NCBI RefSeq assembly: GCF_037042905.1
Contig: NC_087251.1
Span: 31,188,001-31,252,000 of the forward strand
DNA: 64,000 nucleotides
Source of the DNA: Lytechinus pictus
Taxonomy: Eukaryota
Reading direction: 5' to 3'
In this document: positions 15,060 to 26,072 of the stretch, one piece after another
Position numbering within the stretch: the first letter of the stretch is position 1
How the letters are laid out: every line of letters begins with the position of its first letter
Notes under the pieces: model-generated
Seen by the model: the letters and a program-made list of their open reading frames with translations, nothing else
What the model was told of the DNA's origin: nothing
Database searches by the model: none
Translations under genes and position numbers: made by a program

Positions 15060-15380
15060 TTTTCTACATTTATGTGGAACATGCACCAGGCAACTCAAGA
15101 TGGAAATTTAAGGACAAACAACCATGTCGAGGGTTGGCACTGACGTTTCCAGATGGGTGTCGGTGCCCACCACCCTTCATTTTGGAGGTTTCTGACCGCG
15201 TGGAAACAAGAACAGGCAGTCAACGAAGTCCAGATCGGCCAAATACAGGCGGGGATGCCACCACCACCACGTAGGAGGGTCTATCAAGATGTTACCAGGA
15301 GACTCGTCAGGCTGGTGACAAACTATGACCAAAGAGAAATTTTAGATTTCTTAAGGGGCGTGGCCCATAACCTCAATTGA
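15060..15380 (+). pseudogene. MULE transposase C-terminal fragment with in-frame stop; central catalytic region missing
   Basis: Frame reads FSTFMWNMHQATQDGNLRTNNHVEGWH*RFQMGVGAHHPSFWRFLTAWKQEQ...DFLRGVAHNLN*. WN..RTNN..EGWH..HP..W.F is the typical MULE motif. TGA at 15141-15143. Confidence 0.85.
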
Positions 15381-16376
15381 TTTACATATTGATCATGTTT
15401 ATGTTGCCTTAGGATTGGTATATCATTCATATCATAATGTCATTAAGCACAACTATTTCTTGCACGGCTTTCTTTTAACTATATATGCGGGAAACTTATC
15501 TATCTCTAATTACATTTTTCTGTAACGATCAAAATAATTTATAACTTTCTGAATAGTGATACTCAACTTGTCCTTCACTAAATCAATTCGATGTAGTGTC
15601 AAAGTAGTTTCTATTCACAATGTTGTAGGCCTAATGTATATGGTTGGCAGGGAATTTGTCATGTCTGCTGTTCTTCCTTGTTATTATTCTTGTAACCTAC
15701 GCTCCTGCTGTACAGTGCGTATCAAAAATAGGTAACAAATTTTAATGTCTTCTATTTTCGCGATGTATCGTGTAGAAAAATAAATACGAACCCATTACTT
15801 TTCTGGGATCAGGGATATAGCAACCGAGTAACTTGAAAATGAAGGTGACAGATACAAAACTCCATTTTATGGCAGTTTTGAAAGATAAACAAGACTTCTG
15901 AATATTGGGTACATAAGGATTCAAACAGCCTGTTCATGCTGTTACAGGCTGATCTACAGTATTTGGAATCCAGTTTGCATGCATTAGTTGTTATCTCGGA
16001 CAATATGTTTGTGCGACTCATCAACAACTATGATCTATGGAAACTGGATTAGAAAATTGTGGTTCATTATTCAATAACAGGTTGTTTAAAAACATTGTTA
16101 TCCTTAAGTTATAATAACTTAGATTACCCGCTTATTATGAAAATACTTACGATGATTTTCTTATTTACGAGATAACTGGATATACTCATTTGATTTGCTA
16201 GTTCATTACGATTAACTTGCACGCCGAATAAAAGTACACAATTTTTCCTGCGCGCGCGCAGCATCTCCCTACGCACGCACTATCCCAAGATCATCACGCA
16301 AAAAGGCGTCCATTTCCTCTCATGAGCCTGAACGCAAGACATGTTGCCACGTAAGGCGAGGGGTCGGTGGGAGGGT

Positions 16377-16475
16377 TCAAATGAGTATATCCAGTTATCT
16401 CGTAAATAAGAAAATCATCGTAAGTATTTTCATAATTTACATCAATAACTGGGATATACTCATTTGATTTGCTAG
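16377..16475. repeat. DIRS internal complementary region (ICR)
   Basis: 16377-16436 is the exact reverse complement of 16134-16193 and 16435-16475 is the exact reverse complement of 22816-22856, so it spells the end-to-end circle junction ...gtattttcataATttacatc... Confidence 0.92.
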
Positions 16476-16599
16476 ACCAACACGGATTCAACGTGAAGGG
16501 AGGCATGTCTAGACTAAGAAAGTGCGTACAAAAATAGGGAGATGAAGACACGAAAGGCCGCTGCCTTAAGGACAGAGGAGGAAAATAAGGCCTCATGTG

Positions 16600-17090
16600 A
16601 AGAAAGGTCCTTAAGGACAAGGAATTAGAAGAGTGCCAAAAAGGCGGTCCTCAAGATGTCGTATACGACGATTCCATAAAAAGAGCCCAAGAAGAATGAT
16701 ACTATAATATCATGGGCCCTCGGCCTAGTGTCAGAAGGAGAACATCATCACCAACTGACTTGATCGTTTCAACAATCCAGCGTGAGAAGATGTCTCGAGA
16801 AGCTGCCGCAAACGGCTCGCGCGACAAAACAACCAACTGCACAGAGTTGGGAATTGTCTGAAGAATGGCAAACAAAGACGAGGGTTAGAAGTAACACCTA
16901 ATCTAAGCCTATCCCGGCAACGGTCCGGGAGCAATGCATAAGTATGCAAAGCTTTGTACTGTAAATGGTTATATATAAACAGATACAGGAGGGATCTCGA
17001 CTGATAGACAGACAAAAGATACCCTGAAAACCGACCCAAGAGGGAGTTAGTCAAGCGTCAAGAACGACCGACAGGTGCCATGACGGACTA
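16600..17090 (-). pseudogene. DIRS tyrosine recombinase remnant (frameshifted)
   Basis: Peptides across shifted frames: PSWHLSVVLDA ... PFAAASRDIFSRWIVETIK ... RPRAHDI ... SSWALF ... DILRTAF/WHSSNS, matching DIRS YR motifs PSWDL..VL, SRW, AH..R, W.S...F. Confidence 0.8.
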
Positions 17091-17574
17091 AGCCATACAA
17101 GCTCAACGTTTGAGAAAAACTTAAGAGGTTGTAAGATTCGGATTGAAGGTATTAATCATCCGTAACCGGAGGGATGATAATTGCCGATGATCAAAAAACG
17201 ATCCGATTTTGTTGAAAATTTCGACAAGAATCGTGATCGGAAGACTGAAACTTGTACGGTTCAGTAAGTGATCCATCAATCAATCTGAGAAGGCGACAGC
17301 GGGGCTAATAAAAGCCACGGTCAAGTCACCGGCTTAATAATTTAAGCCAAGCCGCAACCATGCAAACGTAAGGAATGCGAGATAACTCAGAAGCCCCCGC
17401 GTGGGAGAAGGCGCCCAGAATTCGATATCTGTCTCAAATGCGTGAGGGCAGAACATCTGCAGAATTCTGATAGAGAGCTGTGGCAGGACGTTTCCAGCGG
17501 TCCGAAAAGGACATGGAACGACAGAGAGTAAGGTTGAAGTAAACCACTCGTAAGGCAGTCAATGTGTCGAGAAA

Positions 17575-17815
17575 GGCGACTGAGTGCCATTCTGTTAACA
17601 GAAAATGCCACGGACCTGCTGTCTATGTAGAATAGAACAGTCTGGTCAAAGCAGCTCAAACGGGCGTGTCGGAGAAAAACGCGGCACGCATCACGACATA
17701 ATAAGTGTGATAGACAGCGGATCCCTTTTGTCCCGTACTAAATAAAACACCCGCCCGAGGGTGCAGTGCCCGCGGCGGGAGAGGTGGGCGGTGGTTTGGC
17801 TGAAGCCACCATCGC
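17575..17815 (-). pseudogene. DIRS RNase H remnant
   Basis: RWWLQP ... HTYYVVMRAAFF ... QTVLFYIDSRSVAFSVNRM resemble degenerate DIRS RH motifs (WW, HIN.LE..A, VL...DN..V..YIN); position upstream of YR fits the DIRS domain order. Confidence 0.55.
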
Positions 17816-19629
17816 CGAGAGGGTCCGTAAGACTAGGCTACGATGGATGTCCGCTGAGCGGAGTAATCCCTAGTCGCAGCAAGCGTACGCCAGAGATGAG
17901 CTGGCGAACAATGTCTCTGTCATGATCTTACGTGTAAACGATGATCAAGAGATGTCGGTCAAGATGTTCTGAACCAACAGACAACGCCAGACATGATACC
18001 TCAACAGTTACGTTCCCGACGGAATCGAGTGAGGTAACAACGGCCCTGTCCTATCAAGGTTAGGGACGGAAACTGGCTAGGAGTGTCTAAGTCCTCGCTT
18101 GACGAAACAAGCGGAGGAGAAAGGCGACTTGAGGAAAATAATCACCAATATTTCCCTCGTCTGCGATGAGAACCAGTTGTTTACGAAAACAGCCACAAGG
18201 CCTGGTTTCTCTGGTGATCGCAAGGGCAAGCACCGCCGGCGCCGGTTGCAACAGCATGGAACAGTCCGATATCGGTAAGATAAGGAGTTCCGAGAAACTG
18301 CGGGGGGCGGCGAAAATGACGCCCTAAGCAGCGGGGGATGAGAATCTATGCTTCTAAAAAGAAGAACTCCAGTGAAGTAAATCACTTTCATGGAGAGACT
18401 CATCCACAGTCGGCCCGAGAGAAAGCGGGTCGTGGTGATCGTGGTTAGACAGGCATAAGTATGCATACACACAGTATACATTTTATACATAAATGTATAT
18501 CCACCACGATTACATCATCCTCGGTCACATACATAGCATGGAAGGAGGATGAAAGCAGCCTGCGAGGCATCTCAAGTGTGCCGATTGAAAAAGCTTCTAA
18601 AAAGAAGACAACTCGACACACGGGCACGGTAAATGCATCGACCGTAGCCCACTCCACACGAGGAAGCGGCGGAGACGCCCGCAAGCTTGACCCACATAGA
18701 GGGCAGTCTATCGGATAGACTGTTCGAGCTCGACCGATGGCCTGGTGGCGGACAGTTTGGTGTGAACTCGCCGACCCGGCACGGTGGGTGCGTCCAGGAA
18801 GTAGGCATAGAAATGCCGACAGAAAAAACCTGGGGCTTGAAACAAGCCTGAACGCACGCACACAGCCGACAATCTAAAGAGATATATGGCTGTTTCTTTC
18901 CACCGAGATGATGCTTACCCGACCGGGAAAGACTCGGGGAACAAGTTGTGAATGTCAACAGGAGGGGTATCTGGCGTATAAATAGCCGATTCCCTCCGGG
19001 CGTTCGGTGCGGGTGCTGCCGGCGGGGTCCGGGGGGACGACCGATGATGGCAGCTCGGGCAGGGCTCGCACGAGTCGCCCGAATACGAGACAAATAGGTT
19101 ACAAAATAACCATAATGCACCGGGTGGTGAAGGCATAGCGATTATTAAGTATAGGAGAACTATTAATCGCCGTGACATTCAGATCCGATATTTATGCTCA
19201 TAAGCTCGGCAGAGCTACGAGATAGTGAGACATACCGCTGAGCGGTGATGGTGCTAATATCGGAGTCGCCCTCACTACAGCGGCGATCGCTGGAGGACGG
19301 GTGTCTGTACTAGCCCTGACTCTAACCTTGCAAGGAAGAGAAGGAGTTAAAAGTAAAGACAGGGCACCCTTACTTTCGTATAGAAAGTGAGGTTCAGGCC
19401 AAAAGCTGACGGTCCCGTCGCCTGGGCGGACGGTCCGCGGGCGTGATAGGTTGCCCTCTCAAAAACAGCCAAACATTCTCATGAGAGAAGGAAGGCATGC
19501 GGTATGTTAGAAAATCTTACCTCCAATCTACAGGCCCGCCTAGGGGGTAGAATGGAGAGAGTTACCGCTGAAAGAGCCGTTGCCGAAAGCGATGCCCGGT
19601 CAAAACTGTGAGGCTTGACGTAGAGGGCG

Positions 19630-20740
19630 AATTCGGGAGTACCTGCATATTAATGGGGGATACCCATGCAGGTGAACTCGCCGACGGCTCCCCGGAGTGC
19701 GGGCTGGCGGGAGGAACTCAATCCGCTCAATGCCCGTCACCGGCAGTAAGACCGACAGAAAACAGTCAAGCGGCTGCAGCGACCAACCAGCGACATACGG
19801 GGGCTTGCCGACTTGCTGGGTGAGACCCATACGTCAGCAGCACCTGTGCATATCATGAAAACACCCGTGCGGGTGAAAAGGGGCCGGCAATTTCAAAGAA
19901 AAGGGCCGGTGGCTGGTGCGAGGCTGTTGATAAGCCCAGCCGTCGCGTAGCGGCGGTCTGTAATGACGGAGAACACGAGGGTAAGAACCCGTAATGCTCG
20001 GGACGTGTTGATGCAACCTGTAAGGATGCAACGTCCAGCCGTCGGTCATCGAGAGCTTGCCGACATGTTGGCTTGAAACCCGTATGTTGGAAGCACCTGC
20101 ATGGAACGGGGTCACCGTGTAGGTGAACAGCGTTTCAATAAAAGCCCGGCGTGAGAGGGCAGGTGACTGCTTGAACCGCACGGTGCTTAGCACGGCGGCT
20201 AAAGCTGACATGAAGCGGGAGTCTGGTGACATAATGGGGACGATGCCCGTATGTCGATAACACCTGTGTATTAGCGGGAATTTCCCTTGCAGGTGCGTGA
20301 GCCGGCGAATCATGAAATTGCCGGTGACTCTCCGAGGTATGAGATGGCGAATGTCTGCTTGGCCTGCCCGGTGCTTGACACGGCGGCTGAAGCTGACATG
20401 AAGCGTGGGGGAATTTACCCGCACTGCTCGTGGGCGTGTGAAGCAACATGAGAGTTGCGACGCGTGACCAACAATTATCGGGAGTCTGGTGACATAATGG
20501 GGGGCGATGCCCGTATGTCGATAACACCTGTGTATTAGCGGGAATTTCCCTTGCAGGTGCGTGCGCCGGCGAATCATGAAATTGCCGGTGACTCTCCGAG
20601 GTGTGAGATGGCGAATGTCTGCTTGACCTGCCTGGTGTTTGACACGGCGGTTTTAGCTGACAGAGAGCATGAGGATAAAAATCCGTGATGCTCGAGGGCG
20701 TTCTGTTGTAACATGAAGTTACGACGCCTGACCATCGGCA
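19630..20740. repeat. GC-rich tandem array inside the DIRS element
   Basis: Near-identical ~185-bp direct repeat at 20216-20404 and 20479-20662, with more diverged related units back to ~19630. Confidence 0.75.
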
Positions 20741-20909
20741 CAAGAATTAGAAAGAAAGGGTCTGCCCGCGAAGCGGGGTTAGCAACCTAGAATTTCTTCT
20801 TCTTCCTCTTCTATGCGGCCCCCGCTGGGGGGCAGAATAGGGCACAAGAGACAGGGGGGACGTGATATCTCGCATGAGAAAAATCACCCAAATCTGATCA
20901 AGCCGTTTA

Positions 20910-21403
20910 GGCACATGAACGCTAATTCCACGGTTCCACCTTTAAGGGCACGTGGACGCGATTCCACAGTTCCACCCTGATCAGATAATCGTGAGAATGA
21001 CGGAGTCGAGCTCACGTGTCTCTAGCGACTAGGGGCTGGTAGCCCTTTGCTAATGCTCCCTGAAGGAGACTGACAAAGCATCGAGCCTAGTCTGTGCCGG
21101 GAAAAGAGTCCCATGCTCTTAACCCGGACTTGATGGACCCGATAGCCGGTGGGTAAAGCAGCCCTGGAGGAGTGAAGTTTTCTATACTAGTACCACACTC
21201 CCCAAAATAGGTTCAGGTCCCGTCGAGGGAGCCTTGGCTATCACCTTTCAGGCACGTGGCCGCTGCGCCACGGTTCCACCCTAAAACGCTCGGGTACGTG
21301 GGCGCGGTTCCACGGTTCCACCCTCTTGGGCACGTGGACGCAACTCCACGGTTCCACCCTCCTTTTTCCAAGGCACGTGGACGTAACTCCACGGTTCCAC
21401 CCT
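20910..21403. repeat. Six copies of 32-bp unit GGCACGTGG-N8-CCACGGTTCCACCCT in two clusters
   Basis: Two copies at 20910-20978 (first one degenerate) and four at 21251-21403, separated by short variable linkers. Confidence 0.85.
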
Positions 21404-21745
21404 TTATAGAGCCCATCGCAAAGGGTCTCACTCTCTTGCCCTCATACTCACCGCCGCTGATCACGGGAACAATAATACCATGTCTGGTTCTCTCACAGCG
21501 GCAGGTTTGGAGTCATCAGGAGATGAGTCAAAAGAGCTCATCTACCTGGTAAGTTCTTAGCTGAAAGAACAAAAGGAGGGTCGAAAACAGAGAGGGGGCG
21601 GAGGGGTGGGTGGACAAGAAAGGTGACAAGCAAGATCCTTATCAGAAATATTAATAATAAAATTAATAACTTCGGAAGAACAGGATCGACTTCTTAAACA
21701 TGAGATCAAACAAAGTTAAGAAGCTGAAGTGAGAAAAAAAAACTA

Positions 21746-21780
<35 letters not shown>

Positions 21781-24700
21781 CAATTACACGTAAACATGAC
21801 GTTAATTAATTAAAAACAGAAACGTCTAAGTCCAAGGACGAAGAGCAGGATCAGCTAAGAAAAAAAAACACATGTTTTTTTTTTTTTTTTTTTTTTTTTT
21901 GACAAGGGTCAAAAGAAAAAGTAAAGGAGCTGATCTGAAAGGAAGAAGTAAAAACTTACTTCCCTTAAACTGGAAAGCCGAAAACTCATTAGCGAAAACT
22001 TTTTTAAAGGACGCTAATAGAAAACAGGGGGGCTTCCCAAAAAATTTTAAGAGAAAAAATTTTTTAAGACAATAAGTCTAAAAGAAAAAATTTCAATACA
22101 AAAATAATTATTAAAATTAATTAATAATTAAACAATTAACCAATTGGTTAATTAACAATTAATTAATTCATTAATTAATCAATCAATCAATTAATCAAAC
22201 AAAAACAAAAGATTGATTGAGACAATCAACCAACTCACAAAGGAACAAGTTGAAAACAAGTTTGAGAACAAACAAGGGCGACGCTCCTATCTGTCCCATA
22301 GCCTAAGCTGTGGGGAGGAAATAAAATCAATTCAATTCAAGACGAGGCAAAGGTGCAAGTCAAGAATAATAAAGAATTAAAACGATTTGGCGTCGTATCA
22401 ATGCCTGCGGCACGCAGGAATAGTGCGCGGAGCTACGGGTAAGGGAAGCGGAAGCAACCCGTCTGTGAGAAAACGAAACTGACGTTCGGAACTCACAAGT
22501 TTATTTAAAGAAAAACGTGAATAATAACACGAATGCTCCATGCACTATGATATAAATGACATCAATCTATAGCCGAAAGGCAAGGATTGAAATAGGCTGT
22601 AAATACATAGATAAATATGTAAACAACGGACACTTTTTATAGAAAAGTGGGAGTGTACTTAGCTAACGTCTGCTCACGGCGGCAGGCGAAAGTAAAAGAG
22701 GAAATGGACGCCTTTTTGCGTGATGATCTTGGGATAGTGCGTGCGTAGGGAGATGCTGCGCGCGCGCAGGAAAAATTGTGTACTTTTATTCGGCGTGCAA
22801 GTTAATCGTAATGAACTAGCAAATCAAATGAGTATATCCCAGTTATTGATGTAAATCATTCATGTACCTCATACATGTACATGTACGCATGTCTGCACTG
22901 TAAACACCGTTTTAGTATCCATGGTTCAACAGATGTAAATTCATGGGTTTATAATTCTTATTATTTACGCTTCCTTGTAGTAATTCGATTTTGTTTGGTC
23001 AGGTTACATGATTATGAAGAGACCACCGATAAAGGATCCATATTGTACAAGCCATATTTATTTTCAGTTGATGCCTCCATTTCTGTTACTGCAAATGATT
23101 ATGATTGACAACATTTTGTGATAATCCAACTGTTTCCATTATGTTCATAAACATATCTTTCATAAATCATGTTTTTCCTGTCTGTTCAGTTTGCTCGTTA
23201 TCGCTATTTCTTCAGAACCAGTGGATACATAAACTTCAAACTTTAGGAAAGATTGTATCACCATAGAAAGACAAGCTGATGAAATATATAGAGTACATGG
23301 TCAGACTTCAGGGACGCAGTGTCCGTTTGTGAAATTCCTTGTATTATGCTTATTTGTTATTATATCAAGTTTTAGAAAAAAATGTTTAAGTGATATTTTG
23401 TGAAATTATATATTCGCAACAAGAAGAATATCTGAATGTATTTTAAGTACACAGGTCTAACGTCAAGATGCCCAGGTCAGCTAATGTAGCCTATACATGT
23501 AATTTGAGATTCTGATTTCGTTATCATATTTCTTGAACTTCGTGACAATCGCCATTGGAAGATTAGAACTCGAACTACTCTTATGTAGGGTAAATTTCAA
23601 GCGTCAAGAATAACTTGTAACGTAAACTTAAATGGTTAAGATGGTATGCATCACCTAAATGTCCTGATAAGAGATCGGAGTACATTAGTTCAAAGATCAA
23701 TAATCACAGATATCAACTTATGAAAATCTATATGTTGACCTCGTATCATATTATATTACCTATTATATGCATTGAACCATTGTATATACAATTCAAAATC
23801 AGGACAATGTTGGTCAAACGTCACAGATGCAGAGGACACAGTTGAATCTGTCTAGCTTGTTGTTGTATGTTTGGGGTTTGTATATTTTTTTTAATAATAT
23901 AGTTTCTTTGTTTACCCATTCATGACAGTAGTTGTTCAGGGAAATTAAGATAAACCTTTCATCTTCAAATTGACAAGACCTGTATTTTTTTTAAATAAGT
24001 GTTCCATACTATAAACAAATTGTATATGCTTAACACTATCATGATTGTCAATTTGTATGTAAAACACTGTATTTGATTATGTCATATCGTTTACAATTTA
24101 GTACTTAATTTCCTTCTTTAACGTTTAATTACTTTCACCCTTAATGGTAAAATTTCATGGTGTTCTTGTGTGTATTATCTTTGCTTTAAAGTTATTAAAC
24201 TTACTGTAATACGTTATAAAATCACGCTTTTATCTGGAATGTGCACCAATTGTTTCATTATTCTTAGCTTCTTGTTTGTTGAATTGTTTTAAATTGCAGT
24301 TTTATACTTGTCAGTGTTAGTGTTGATGGTTGCGTTATCGACTTTCATTATTTCTACCTATGAATGTGTCTTTTGAACGTTTTATCTATTTTCCTGATTT
24401 TTTTTCTTGAAATTTATCCCAAACTCAATTAAAAAAAAATCAGATCAGTTTGAATCAGAGATATTCAGCATTTGTGATTATTATGTGTAATTGTGTCCTT
24501 TCATGAATGTTCAATTGTTCTATAAAAACTTGAAAATAAAAGGTAGTATGAGGGACACTTTACATATTATCTGATGCATATGTGTAACCAAACGGGAGGT
24601 TTGGGGCGCAAGCCCTGAAGTAAAAAAAAAAGGAGAAAAAAATGAGAGAGAAAGAGAGAGAGAGAAAAGGAGAAAGAGCAATATAAAAGAGAAAAGGAAA

Positions 24701-25052
24701 GAGAAAGTTATTAAGATAAGATGAAGTAGAAAATATTTCGAAAACCTGTGCCACCGGCCAAGACTTACAATGGGTCCCGCTTGATTCTAACATTGATGCC
24801 GGAGAGGAGGGGGGGGGGGGTTATTTCTGAGGGTAAATGTCCTGGGGTATATGTCCTCAGACGTAATTGTTCGGGGGGGAAATTGTCCTCAGGGGTAGTT
24901 GTCCTCAGGGGGTAATTGTCCTTGGGGGGGGGGGGGGGTAATTGTCCGGGGGGTGATTGTCCAGGGGGTAGTTGTCCTGATACGGAAAAGAGCATCTTAT
25001 AAATTGTTGTTTATTCTGTAAGGTTTAGACCATGTATTTACTTATCATCTTA

Positions 25053-25350
25053 ATCACCACCACCACCACCACCACCACCACCATCAACACCAACATGACC
25101 AACACGACCATCATCATCATCACCACCACCATCATCATCATCATCACCATCACTATCACCATCACCATCACCATCATCATCATCATCATCATCATCATCG
25201 TCGTCGTCGTCGTCGTCGTCGTCACCACCACCACCAACATCATCACCATCAATATCATCATCATCTTCATGACCATAACCACCAATATCGTCATCATCAT
25301 CATCACCATGGTAATCATCATCATACATCATCATCAGCAATATCCTCATC
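25053..25350. repeat. Compound (CAC)n/(CAT)n/(CGT)n trinucleotide repeat
   Basis: Directly visible. Confidence 0.9.
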
Positions 25351-26072
25351 CTCATAAAATCACAAACATGACCGTACTGTTATCATCACAAAAATCTCAG
25401 TCATCATCCATCACTGGACTTAATTTATTTCTACTACTCACTAATGATTCCTTTAACTGAACTGAGGAAATTCATCAGAGCACCATACATCTCCAGTCAA
25501 GCCTTGTCCCTTGAGATACCCTAATCAGTGATGGTCAAGAGTACTGTAGTGCTTTGAGCATCATGAAGCAGAGTAGATAGTCAAGCCCAGTCAGTCTACA
25601 GGTACCGATACTTTGCTGTGAAGAAAGCGATAAAAATTCATTCATTCATTTGGTTTCAGTTCAACAAAAGAAAAATTATGAATAAAAATATGCACTTTCT
25701 AATAATAAGTGGAATGCCTCTAGAAGTCTCGCTTGTATTATGCAATTAAATATGCACAGGAGTATGACACTCAAGTATCAATATCATATCCTTTCCATTT
25801 ATTATTTTAATATACAATGTTATATACAAGGTAATAAAGGGGCAATGATGAGGATATCCAGTTCGCTTGCCTCAAGGTCTGTCTTATTATCGTTCAAAAC
25901 TTTTGGCACCCTTTTTAATTTCCACAATTTATGCTACAGTTCAAAAGGCTGGAGTTTGACATCATTTCTGCTTTTATTTATTTTCACTATTACCTTATTA
26001 AAGACAAAATGGGTTTAATATGAGATTTAAGAGTCTGCCAAGTGTTTTTCTCATGCAAATAGGGTGAGTAGC

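Larger units (their letters stand above)
16134..22856 (-). mobile_element. DIRS1-type tyrosine-recombinase retrotransposon, coding-decayed (probably non-autonomous)
   Basis: Inverted terminal repeats 16172-16320 and 22697-22846, identical except a 1-nt indel; unique terminal extensions; internal complementary region 16377-16475 matching both termini; no TSD (only AT shared at the junctions); decayed RNase H and YR peptides on the - strand. Confidence 0.92.
13189..24984 (+). mobile_element. Defective Mutator-superfamily (MULE, Phantom/foldback-like) DNA transposon with nested insertions
   Basis: Exact 9-bp TSD GAAAAGAGC at 13180-13188 and 24985-24993; imperfect inverted ends (ggttctaggacaatta vs reverse complement cgtatcaggacaacta); about 7-8 tandem copies of a ~16-bp GGACAAYTACCCCC unit at 13195-13312 and inverted at ~24830-24978; internal FLYWCH-like and MULE C-terminal peptides. 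Confidence 0.9.

Noticed and set aside
18077..19178. Several 85-182-aa ORFs in the DIRS interior as intact genes
   Set aside because: GC-rich sequence leaves frames open by chance; no RT YxDD or other intact domain motifs found.
21251..21403. CRISPR-like appearance (constant repeat with variable intervals)
   Set aside because: Intervals are short and related to each other, the context is eukaryotic and inside a retroelement, and there are no cas genes.
25025..25460. Poly-Ile/Thr/Met/Asp/His ORFs (also 10958-11209 and 52499-52798)
   Set aside because: Produced by trinucleotide microsatellites; no splice or homology support.
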